Notes: generated by a model from the letters alone, not told the origin. A stretch of 29,538 nucleotides of DNA from Candidatus Altiarchaeota archaeon (GCA_043800705.1 JAZDMS010000030.1:1-29538), one strand, 5' to 3'; counted from the first letter of the stretch, positions 1 to 7,863 are shown. A program made the numbers and translations.

Positions 1-123
1 ATACTCGGAGGTTTGACCAATAATCTACCTGGTGGTAGCAGCCTGCCATGCTGCAACCTCCTTGGAATGCTGCCTCTGGCGGCATTGACAGCGGCTTTAG
101 GCAAAGCAAAGTGGCTCCTATGA
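1..123 (+). CDS. 3' end of a surface protein with a Cys-containing C-terminal membrane anchor (partial, not in ORF track)
   Basis: Frame 1 reads ILGGLTNNLPGGSSLPCCNLLGMLPLAALTAALGKAKWLL then TGA at 121-123. The Cys + hydrophobic + basic tail resembles those of 360..1220 and 4811..7711. Confidence 0.7.
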   Translation: MLGGLTNNLPGGSSLPCCNLLGMLPLAALTAALGKAKWLL

Positions 124-217
124 AGTTTGGATATACTGAGATATGTGTGTGGTACCTCCATCTATAACCTCTTTTATCCTCTCATATCCAAGAGTAGTAC
201 AGAAACACGGAGTGCTT

Positions 218-250
218 GTACCCGCTGAAAGGAAGCCCGATCGGGGCGTC
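218..250 (+). repeat. Intergenic motif copy R1
   Basis: GTACCC-N14-CGATCGGGGCGTC. The 13-nt core at 238-250 is identical to 2638-2650 and 4556-4568. Confidence 0.85.
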
Positions 251-359
251 TAATAATTCGACATATCGAAAACGCTTTTCCTCAACGTTTTTTTTAAAGA
301 AATGACGAATTGTATGGAGTATACTGAATTATATAGACCTACTATTAATTCTATTCTGG

Positions 360-1220
360 GTGGATTGTATGGTTTCGGTTAAGCGCCTTTTTGCAGGGTT
401 TGCCGTTGTTTTTCTAATTGCGTCTTTTGTTTCTTCCGATGAGTTGGATCCTATGCCTCCGTTTTACCTGAACCTGAAGTTTAACGCTGGAGGTGCAGCT
501 GATGATAAGACTGCAATCACCACATACTGCGGTTTTTGGAGTTTGCTCAATCAGGGTTACGGTCCACTTAAGTTGCAGGTGGACAAAGACGGCAATATCG
601 ACAACCATTATGAGACTTGGACCGAAATGATGGATGAGAAAACCAAACAAAAAGTGAGGGATTACGGCGACTTGCATATCGTCGGAAAATACGTCAACGG
701 GAGGATAAGGGGGACATGGACGTACAAATACGAGCAGCATCTGACCCGTGGCGGCGTACCACAAGATAGGTTTTATACTGGGGAAGGGGACTTCTACACA
801 ACGGAAATATACTGGGATTCCGGCTATGCAGATGGGCTCCTTGAGGGAAAAATGACCCGCACAATACATGACTGGGCAGCATACGGGACCCCACAACAGC
901 GCCAAACAGAGCATACGGAGACAACAGATGTCAAATATACCTGGGTAGGACGCCGTCCCATGGAAAAGTGCGGAGACGGAAAATGCCAGAAAGATGCGGG
1001 GGAGGGTTGGGACACATGTTGCAGAGACTGCGGATGCAAGAATAAGGGCATTGATAAATGCGATACCTCCGTCGTCCCGGAAGGAAAATGCCCGGGATTA
1101 GACATAGACCGTTTTTCGAATGGATTCTATCATGCTTTATGTGACAAGAATTTAGGGCTCGTATTACCATTAATCTCGTTTATATCAGCTCTCGCATTAA
1201 AAATAACAAGACTATACTAA
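360..1220 (+). CDS. Secreted/surface protein with Cys-rich CGDGxC module and C-terminal anchor
   Basis: N-terminal signal peptide; CGDGKCQKDAGEGWDTCCRDCGC; tail CDKNLGLVLPLISFISALALKITRLY. Start is GTG 360 or ATG 369, with TTATATA at about 329-335. Confidence 0.85.
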   Translation: MDCMVSVKRLFAGFAVVFLIASFVSSDELDPMPPFYLNLKFNAGGAADDKTAITTYCGFWSLLNQGYGPLKLQVDKDGNIDNHYETWTEMMDEKTKQKVRDYGDLHIVGKYVNGRIRGTWTYKYEQHLTRGGVPQDRFYTGEGDFYTTEIYWDSGYADGLLEGKMTRTIHDWAAYGTPQQRQTEHTETTDVKYTWVGRRPMEKCGDGKCQKDAGEGWDTCCRDCGCKNKGIDKCDTSVVPEGKCPGLDIDRFSNGFYHALCDKNLGLVLPLISFISALALKITRLY

Positions 1221-1260
1221 AATCTGATATAATAAAACTAAGAGATGCTGGTTCTACCTC

Positions 1261-1317
1261 CCCCGGCACTATCGGGGCGGCGTTAGCCGGGTTCATTTCC
1301 TCTTTCGGGATTTGAAC
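1261..1317. terminator. GC-rich hairpins between convergent genes (possible terminator)
   Basis: CCCGGC/GCCGGG (1262-1291), alternative CCCCG/CGGGG, and GTTCA...TGAAC (1291-1317), lying between the stops at 1220 and 1319. Confidence 0.3.
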
Positions 1318-1318
1318 G

Positions 1319-1852
1319 CTATATTTTGCCTTGTGCCTTAAGTTTTTTCAACCACTCGGATACTTCTTTTTGCGCGTTTTTTGCGTTTCCGCCGCGGATT
1401 GCAAGGCCGTCGAGGACGGTTGACTTCCGGCAAGTCTCCTTTATTTCTTCCACGCTTCTTCCCAGTTGGCTTCCTTCGTGGGTGCAAAAAGGCGCGATGA
1501 TCTTTCCATAAAAGTCGTATTCCATCAAGAAAGATGCGACCGGCCGGGGAAACGTGCCCCACCAGTTCGGGTAACCCAAGAATATCACTTCGTACGAATC
1601 CATGTCTTTCACATGGCCGGTAAGCATTGGTCTGACGTTGTCGCGCAGTTCTTTCTGTGCAACCTTCGTGGTTTCCGTATAATCTGCGGGATAGGAAGTT
1701 ACTGTTTCGATGCGGAAAACATCGCCGTCCGTCATCTCCTGAATCATCTTTGCCACCACTTCCGTGTTGCCGACTGGCAAATCCACAATGCTTTCGCCGG
1801 CAAAGTTGTTGCCTTTACGTGAAAAATAGGCTATCAGAGTTTTCTCATCCAT
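1319..1852 (-). CDS. Flavodoxin
   Basis: KTLIAYFSRKG...GNTEVVAKMI, IFLGYPNWWGT, PFCTHEGS. Start is probably MDEK at 1852 behind GGGAG; the ORF-track extension to 1963 overlaps the upstream gene. Confidence 0.93.
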   Translation of the reverse strand: MDEKTLIAYFSRKGNNFAGESIVDLPVGNTEVVAKMIQEMTDGDVFRIETVTSYPADYTETTKVAQKELRDNVRPMLTGHVKDMDSYEVIFLGYPNWWGTFPRPVASFLMEYDFYGKIIAPFCTHEGSQLGRSVEEIKETCRKSTVLDGLAIRGGNAKNAQKEVSEWLKKLKAQGKI

Positions 1853-1869
1853 TGAAATCATGCTCCCTA

Positions 1870-2505
1870 TTAATCCCGGATAAAATTTGTGAAGACATTT
1901 TTCTCCATCGTAGGTAGTGGTACGCCGGCCTTTGCGCCTGCTTCTTTGATTTTCAGAAACCATGCCATATTCCGGGCGAGGACGCGCATGGTCTGCAGTC
2001 CCTCCAGGTCTTTTTTCACATCTTCCGGCTTGGCGCCGCGGACCATGTTCCAGTAGCGGGAAGAGATGACCGGCATCTGCGATATTGTGAAGTACTTGTT
2101 CAGCTGGTCAAAGGTGGCGGTTGTCCCTGCTCTCCTGGCTGAGACGACTGTCGCCGCCGGTTTTAGGTAAAAGGATTTCCGGTTGGATTGCATGTCTGCA
2201 TAAAATAGGCGGTCCATGAAGGAGGTGATTGCGCCGCCTGCGGCGGCATAATGCACCGGCGACCCGAAGACAAATCCATCCGCATCTTTGGCAAGGTCGA
2301 GGAAGTCGTTGACGCAATCGTTAAAGACGCAGCGCCCAGTCTTTGCGCAGGATTTACATGCAATACAGCCGGCCAAAGGCTTTGTTCCAATCTGGAATAT
2401 CTGTGTCTCTATTCCCCCGGCATTCAATGTTTTTGAAACTTCTTCAAGGGCAGTGTAAGTACAGCCATTGGGGTGGGGGCTGCCATTTACCAACAAAACG
2501 TTCAT
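1870..2505 (-). CDS. Iron-sulfur flavoprotein / NADPH-dependent FMN reductase family protein
   Basis: MNVLLVNGSPHPNGCT; CIACKSCAKTGRC (Cx2Cx2Cx5C); DGFVFGSPVHYA; SARRAGTTATFDQLNKYF. Start is probably ATG 2505. Confidence 0.93.
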   Translation of the reverse strand: MNVLLVNGSPHPNGCTYTALEEVSKTLNAGGIETQIFQIGTKPLAGCIACKSCAKTGRCVFNDCVNDFLDLAKDADGFVFGSPVHYAAAGGAITSFMDRLFYADMQSNRKSFYLKPAATVVSARRAGTTATFDQLNKYFTISQMPVISSRYWNMVRGAKPEDVKKDLEGLQTMRVLARNMAWFLKIKEAGAKAGVPLPTMEKNVFTNFIRD

Positions 2506-2616
2506 ATTAATCCTAACCACTTAACACGTATTAAGTGTTTTCAGCAATTTTTTCCTTACCAAAAGTGGCGTATTTTGTCTTTTTTATAATCAAAGAGCCT
2601 ATGTGTCATTAGGAAT

Positions 2617-2650
2617 GAACCACGTTGGCCGGCAGCGCGATCGGGGCGTC
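2617..2650 (+). repeat. Intergenic motif copy R2
   Basis: GAACCA-N15-CGATCGGGGCGTC. Confidence 0.85.
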
Positions 2651-2770
2651 TTTCTATGGGGCTATACATAAGGGGAAAAAAGACGCGATTAGACAGCTAT
2701 AGTAGGCCGTGACAAATAGTGGTCTCCGTGTATAACCTGTTACTTCTTAACCTGATAGAGTGGACTTCTT

Positions 2771-3004
2771 CGCCGACGTAACATAACTCGTCGGCGTGAC
2801 AGAACATAACATAGTCAGTTGGTGTGGGAGAGATAGTCGTAGGTCGGAGGGCTAGGTAGCCTGCCCCCGCAGAGGGAGGCCTTCCTGAAGACTACTGCGT
2901 AGGAAAGCGTAGCGGAAGGGGCGAAAACCGTTCAAGTTAAGGGTTCAGACATGGTAATCATGGTTACCAATACGTAACCCTAACGGTTATAATGGGCGGT
3001 AGTC
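2771..3004. ncRNA. Candidate structured RNA or ssDNA element, family not recognised
   Basis: No ORF of 60 aa or more. Stems CGCCGACG/CGTCGGCG, CCTTCC/GGAAGG, AACCGTT/AACGGTT enclosing AGGGTT/AACCCT, and long-range GACTACTGC/GCGGTAGTC. Confidence 0.4.
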
Positions 3005-3282
3005 ATAATTAAACGGAGAATATTTGCGGAATACAATCCTAGGCTCTGGCTATTCACAGGAATTACGACCCACTAGCGTTAACTTTTTCCCCGAGATACC
3101 AGCCGACCAATCATTCTCTGCTCAGACCCCCTATCCCGGAACATCCCCTGCAGGCTGCGATAGCTTGGACGGACTATATCGTAATCCGGTGACAGAACCC
3201 CCCCAAATGAACAATTCTCACGAAAGAGCCGAATTGACAATAAGACACTATACAATAATCAAAATGGATAGAGGTGAAGAAT

Positions 3283-3993
3283 ATGCTTAGGAGCTTGAAA
3301 AGTATGATGGAGTATGCATTAAAGGCAGAGGATGGAGACATAGGTTCAGTAATCGACTTCTTTTTCGACGATGCGGAATGGAAGATGAGATTCATGCAGG
3401 CAGACACGGGAGGATGGCTGCAAGGTAAGAAGGTCCTTATTTCCCCTGAGTCTATCGGAAATATAGACTGGAGAGACATGAAAGTCCCAGTGAACCTATC
3501 CAAGGATAAAATACGCGAGAGTCCTGAGTTTAAGTTTGCCGACCCAATGAGGCGCCCCCAGTGGGAGATGATTTGCAAGTATTACGGTTGGAATGTAGAC
3601 TGGTACAATTCCAGCGCCACACTCAGGAGTTTGAATCAAGTGAGCAGTTATAAGATTCACGCAAGGGACGGTATGTTAGGGAACATAGACGACATGATAC
3701 TCGAGGATGAGACGTGGACCATAAGGTATTTTGTCGTCGACATCAGCGGACTCCTCTTCGGCAAAAAAGTCCTTATGTCACCGCAGTGGGTAGACGAATT
3801 CGTTGATGAAGGCAAGGAAGTACGCCTTGACGTCATGAAGGACAAGGTGAAGTCTTCGCCGATTTACGACCCGGATAAACCCATCAACAGGGAATACGAG
3901 GCGGTCGTCTTCGATTACATGGGCAAACCAAGTTACTGGAGGGATGTAAAAAGCTCGCAAAAGAAAAACGCAGCAGGCAAAACCACGAAATAA
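3283..3993 (+). CDS. PRC-barrel domain protein (two PRC-barrel repeats)
   Basis: MLRSLKSMMEYALKAEDGDIGSVIDFFFDDAEWKMRF...DTGGWLQGKKVLISP, with a second repeat IHARDGMLGNIDDMILEDETWTIRYFVVD. GAGGTG lies upstream; start is ATG 3283 or GTG 3274. Confidence 0.92.
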   Translation: MLRSLKSMMEYALKAEDGDIGSVIDFFFDDAEWKMRFMQADTGGWLQGKKVLISPESIGNIDWRDMKVPVNLSKDKIRESPEFKFADPMRRPQWEMICKYYGWNVDWYNSSATLRSLNQVSSYKIHARDGMLGNIDDMILEDETWTIRYFVVDISGLLFGKKVLMSPQWVDEFVDEGKEVRLDVMKDKVKSSPIYDPDKPINREYEAVVFDYMGKPSYWRDVKSSQKKNAAGKTTK

Positions 3994-4092
3994 TACTCGA
4001 TAAGAAATATTTTTGAACTTTAAGATTTCGTATTTCTTATCGTTAATTTTATTGCCGTATTTTTTCCCATTCTGGGGGGTGCGGCTTGTTTT

Positions 4093-4172
4093 TTTATCCG
4101 ATAAAGCGCAGAAGACTACCTCCTTTAGATGGTAGCTGAATGCATGGGACACTTCTGCGCTTTATGGATAAA
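4093..4172. mobile_element. Palindromic element made of two head-to-head IS200/IS605-like left ends
   Basis: TTTATCCGATAAAGCGCAGAAG (4093-4114) is inverted at 4152-4172 with one bulged base, around an inner hairpin CTACC/GGTAG. 4093-4143 matches 23918-23968 at 42/51 positions without gaps. Confidence 0.6.
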
Positions 4173-4199
4173 TACCGCGCGTTTAGGTCGCGGATATTT

Positions 4200-4381
4200 A
4201 TTTTTTTTAGGTTACTGCGTCTCCTCTCAACGTCCGGTTGGATGATTCTCCTGCAAAGAGACGGATCCTTAAGTTGGGCTGCCCTCGCGGACCAGCAGAT
4301 GTCCCTGTCTATGTTGTAGAAAAACTTAGAGCAGTTAACCCCGGAAGTTCCTGTGGTCGTAGTAGTGGCAGCGCAAGGCAA
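4200..4381 (-). pseudogene. Fragment of a Cys-repeat surface protein
   Basis: TTTTTGTSGVNCSKFFYNIDRDICWSARAAQLKDPSLCRRI resembles DxCxxxxAxxxKDxxLCxxI repeats. There is an in-frame stop just upstream and no signal peptide. Left boundary is approximate. Confidence 0.45.
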
Positions 4382-4536
4382 GCCTCATTGCCAATAAACC
4401 TTAGGATAACTGATATAAACTATCAATCCTCTCTCTTGCAGATGAATATATTTTTCGACCGCTTTATCCGAGTTCCGTCATCAATTAACAACCTTTGATT
4501 TATATTTTTGTAATGCATATTTTTAAAAAGAGATTC

Positions 4537-4568
4537 GAACCCAGTAAAGGAATTCCGATCGGGGCGTC
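4537..4568 (+). repeat. Intergenic motif copy R3
   Basis: GAACCC-N13-CGATCGGGGCGTC. Confidence 0.85.
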
Positions 4569-4659
4569 CGTAGAAACGCTTAATTATGTGTTATATTTGG
4601 TTTTTAGGCTGTATTGTTGATTTTTCCAGGTTGGCGGGGCTTCGAACCCACTTATTCAG

Positions 4660-4746
4660 TTAGTTATTATCTGTTGTTTGTCGTCGGGGTGGTGGTGGTA
4701 GTGTGAATATTATTGTGGTTCCTTTGTCTACTCCTTCGCTTTCCAT
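4660..4746 (-). pseudogene. Remnant C-terminus of a histidine kinase ATPase domain
   Basis: Reads MESEGVDKGTTIIFTLPPPPRRQTTDNN*, matching the terminal ESxGxGKGTxFxFxLP strand of HATPase_c. The upstream in-frame sequence is unrelated. Confidence 0.55.
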
Positions 4747-4810
4747 CTTCCTTTTTTGCGGCTGGCATTCTTCGATTTGAATTTTTATCCGGTGATGTTG
4801 TTTTGTTATC

Positions 4811-7711
4811 ATGGGTAGACTTATTGTTTGCTTGATACTTTTTCTTATACTTCCCTTGTTTGTCTGCGCTCAGGCGTGGACAGACTGCGCCGGCAATGTC
4901 GCATGGGGTGGCGCAGAAGCGAAGTCAAATGCGGCCGGCCTCTTTATGGAGATGCCTGAGGGCATCTATTACCTGCAGGCTGTCAAGGTCAAATTCTATG
5001 TCAATGACCTGAAAATCAGAAAAGACGCTAAGGCCTTGCAGTTCTCCTCTGAGGGCAGGTTTTATCCCCTATCGGATAAGCCGATTTATGGAACTAACGA
5101 CTTCCACCAGGTCATGAAATACAGCGGGGAGCAGACGTTCGAGGTCGGTTTCAGGAACTGGGACACATTCGAGCAGACTATCCCAGCGCACGTTTACTTC
5201 TACGACGTTCGCGCATACCCGGTCGGGGCCAAGCTAGCCGAGTATACTGTGCAGAAGAACAACGCGAGCTCCGACTGGTACGGGTGGAATTGCGTGCAGA
5301 AGAGGTTGGGCGAGGCCCTCTGCAACGGTGCGACTGAATGCGACGTCTGCCTCAAGATCTTGGGGGAGGTGGCGCGCCAATACAAGTCACTGCCTTCGCA
5401 GGTCACGGTCGCATCCCCGTCATACGTCCCGTACACTGCGCAGCCAGAGAATGGGAAGAAGAACACGGCGGTCGCCAACTTCTACTTTGGCAAGTCGGAC
5501 CAGGCGACAGGCTGCCACAAGAACTACGGCGTGCAGATACTGGCGATGCAAACGACCATAGCCGAATTCATGAAGACAGAGATGCAGTTGGCGGGCACAG
5601 ACGGGAAGAAAAAAGACACATCGCCGCTGGGCGGAAGCACGTCCGGGAAAGCCTACGAGGTACGCTGGGAGGACGCTAAAGCTGAAAACTTCCCCTGCGC
5701 CGGGGTAGCATGCGACTCCAACCAGAACTATAGGGGGCGCATCGACACAATAACCGAGATGACTCCGGCCGGCAGCGGAACGTATCAAATAATCCAAAGC
5801 GTCTCCGACTGCAACAAACCAGGCAGCATAAAGTCCGCAATCGACGGTGCGGTAACAGATGCCCGCAAATCCCTGGCAAGCTACAAGATCACGGGAGACC
5901 CTAAAACTGACTTCAAAAGCAAGGTCTGCTACTGGCCGGCCGCTAACGAATCCAACAACGCCACCGCAAGTATACAAGGGTACGTCTACTACGTCGACTA
6001 CACACAGGGGGGCGGAGTCAACATGCCGATAAAGAACGCGTACGTTGTGTTCAGATATGCTGACAAGAGTGGGGTCCGGCACGAGGATGACAAGAAGTTC
6101 AGGACTGAGACCGACGACAAGGGTTTCTTCAGCTACGAGAACAAGAACATGTTCGCCATAGGGAACAAGCTCGACATACTGGTAGATTTCAACAACAGTC
6201 AACATAAGGTGTCGGTCAGTAGTAATAGGGGGGACCGGAGGATACTACATTTCATTAGGGGCGCCGACACGCAGGACAAGAAATTTGAAAATTATCAGAT
6301 GAACTTACGTGAAAGCCAGTTCTATGAACTATCAGAACTCGGAAGGTTATACGCCGAGGTATTGAGGGCCGTCGAATTCAAGGAGAACGTCCTAAAGCTC
6401 ACGGGCACGGTGGCGGAGAGCGTCCACATCGACCTAAACGACGGTACATGGCATTCCATCGAGACGAACAGCCCCACATCCAGATACCCCCCCGGCATAT
6501 GGATTAGGGCGAATAACGCTGAATTCGATGATTGGACTGCACCCATCAACAGGGAATACCATGAATACTGCCACCACATTTATTACGCGGAGCTTGAAAA
6601 CCCCACCGAGCAGGCAAGACGTCAGGCAGGCACGTTCCACGCAGGCTATTCAGTGAATCCCGACACGGACAGCGCCCTTACAGAAGGCTGGGCCGAGTTC
6701 TGCGCCCTGATGATTAGTAAGCACTACGGCGGAGGCAGCACGGGATTATATCCGGTTGGCGGCAGAAACACCGAATGGAATATTGAGGCGAATTACAAGA
6801 TAGACGAGAAGAATAACTTCGCTGCCGAGGAAATCTCCATCGCAGGTGTACTCCTCGACCTTGAGGACTCTGGCGAAGATTACGGAGGCTCCGATGACGA
6901 CCCAGTTTCGCTTGGACTCGACGAAGTCTGGAAGGTGTTCTCAACACCCCGAGATTACGGAGACGGAAAAGGGGTTAGACATATCTGGTACGCCCGAGAC
7001 CTATACCTCGCATTCCACAGCCTGAACGACCCACGCCTTGAGGGCAGGTTCAAGGCAGGCAGCAACCGCACCAATCTCGAACAGGTATTCATACTCCACA
7101 ACATCTTCCAAGACAAGAACAACGACTCGAAATACCAGGAGGGTGAGGTACCAGGGTACTCTGGCAAGTACGGGAACCTGAGGATGGACGCGACCAGTCA
7201 GGATGGTACCGAACTTGTCATGGACGTAACCGACCAGAACGGTAAAAAGTTCGGTGGACTCTACGCGGACGTCGACGTTGCGTTCGCAGAACCAAACAAG
7301 AAACTATCCTACAAGTACCGGTTACCGGTGATTGACGGACAAATCGCGGTCCCCCTGCCACCCCACGACTACGACACGATAGTGACGGTCACAGCAGTCC
7401 AGGGAGGCACGAATAACAAGGCAACGAATTCGTTCAAAATCACGACGAATGAGATGTTCGAAAAACTCGATCCTAAGAAGCCGATGGGCACCTACAAGGC
7501 GACCGTGAAGACCGCTGATGTCTCCTGCAAGAAGGACGACGAATGCATGTTTTACCGTGCAGGAAACGCATGTAAAACCGGTAAATGTGTGACAGGGACG
7601 GTGAAAAACACGGCAGAGGCTTCGACAAACTCTCCATGCAGTTGCATACCCCCTTTAACAGCACTACTAGCAGGACTCACTGCAGCAGCCGTGAGAATCA
7701 TCAAAGTGTAG
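4811..7711 (+). CDS. Large secreted zinc metallopeptidase-like surface protein with C-terminal anchor
   Basis: Signal peptide; HEYCH (HExxH) at 6560-6574; downstream ALTEGWAEF (candidate third ligand Glu at 6683); tail SPCSCIPPLTALLAGLTAAAVRIIKV. Confidence 0.88.
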   Translation: MGRLIVCLILFLILPLFVCAQAWTDCAGNVAWGGAEAKSNAAGLFMEMPEGIYYLQAVKVKFYVNDLKIRKDAKALQFSSEGRFYPLSDKPIYGTNDFHQVMKYSGEQTFEVGFRNWDTFEQTIPAHVYFYDVRAYPVGAKLAEYTVQKNNASSDWYGWNCVQKRLGEALCNGATECDVCLKILGEVARQYKSLPSQVTVASPSYVPYTAQPENGKKNTAVANFYFGKSDQATGCHKNYGVQILAMQTTIAEFMKTEMQLAGTDGKKKDTSPLGGSTSGKAYEVRWEDAKAENFPCAGVACDSNQNYRGRIDTITEMTPAGSGTYQIIQSVSDCNKPGSIKSAIDGAVTDARKSLASYKITGDPKTDFKSKVCYWPAANESNNATASIQGYVYYVDYTQGGGVNMPIKNAYVVFRYADKSGVRHEDDKKFRTETDDKGFFSYENKNMFAIGNKLDILVDFNNSQHKVSVSSNRGDRRILHFIRGADTQDKKFENYQMNLRESQFYELSELGRLYAEVLRAVEFKENVLKLTGTVAESVHIDLNDGTWHSIETNSPTSRYPPGIWIRANNAEFDDWTAPINREYHEYCHHIYYAELENPTEQARRQAGTFHAGYSVNPDTDSALTEGWAEFCALMISKHYGGGSTGLYPVGGRNTEWNIEANYKIDEKNNFAAEEISIAGVLLDLEDSGEDYGGSDDDPVSLGLDEVWKVFSTPRDYGDGKGVRHIWYARDLYLAFHSLNDPRLEGRFKAGSNRTNLEQVFILHNIFQDKNNDSKYQEGEVPGYSGKYGNLRMDATSQDGTELVMDVTDQNGKKFGGLYADVDVAFAEPNKKLSYKYRLPVIDGQIAVPLPPHDYDTIVTVTAVQGGTNNKATNSFKITTNEMFEKLDPKKPMGTYKATVKTADVSCKKDDECMFYRAGNACKTGKCVTGTVKNTAEASTNSPCSCIPPLTALLAGLTAAAVRIIKV

Positions 7712-7787
7712 AACACACAAACATAGTATGTCCTCAGTCTATCTGCGATAGGTTCATATAGTCTCTTGCGTAATTAGGTATGAGAGA

Positions 7788-7863
7788 TGAACCCAAACGC
7801 CTAACTCCTCCCCCAAAACGGTTGGGCGTTGAACCCGTTCGCCTAAAGCGCGATCTGGGCGTC
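7788..7863 (+). repeat. Intergenic motif copy R4 with a degenerate tandem unit
   Basis: GAACCC-N14-CGATCTGGGCGTC at 7831-7863 (one core mismatch), preceded by TGAACCCAAACGCCTAAC...GTTGGGCGTT at 7788-7830. It lies between convergent genes. Confidence 0.8.

Noticed and set aside
1244-1318. Minus-strand resemblance to the 3' half of 5S rRNA (ATCCCGAA..GAA..TGAA..CGCCG..TAGTG) and to a tRNA T-arm (GTTCAAATCCC)
   Set aside because: The 5' half is absent (occupied by flavodoxin coding sequence), the conserved CCGAAC is not intact and no cloverleaf forms. Local hairpins explain it; an Rfam scan would settle it.
1853-1963. ORF-track N-terminal extensions (flavodoxin to 1963; also 8676-8753, 18000-18062, 19734-19871)
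   Set aside because: They overlap neighbours or precede clear signal peptides or domain starts; downstream ATGs fit SD or TATA positions better.
2800-3185. Group I intron R/S-like words (GACTA, GATATAGTCC), an RNase P-like AGGAAAG, and a group II-like CCACTCTAT end on the minus strand
   Set aside because: The elements are in the wrong order or lack partners, and no domain V precedes the CCACTCTAT.
4632-4652. tRNA T-arm-like GTGGGTTCGAAGCCCCGCC on the minus strand
   Set aside because: No D-arm, anticodon arm or acceptor stem, and no second copy to suggest an att site.
218-7863. R1-R4 as a CRISPR array or canonical integron attC array
   Set aside because: Spacing is 1.9-3.3 kb with whole genes between copies, no cas or intI gene is in the window, and R1-R3 lack RYYYAAC/GTTRRRY boxes and long bulged hairpins.
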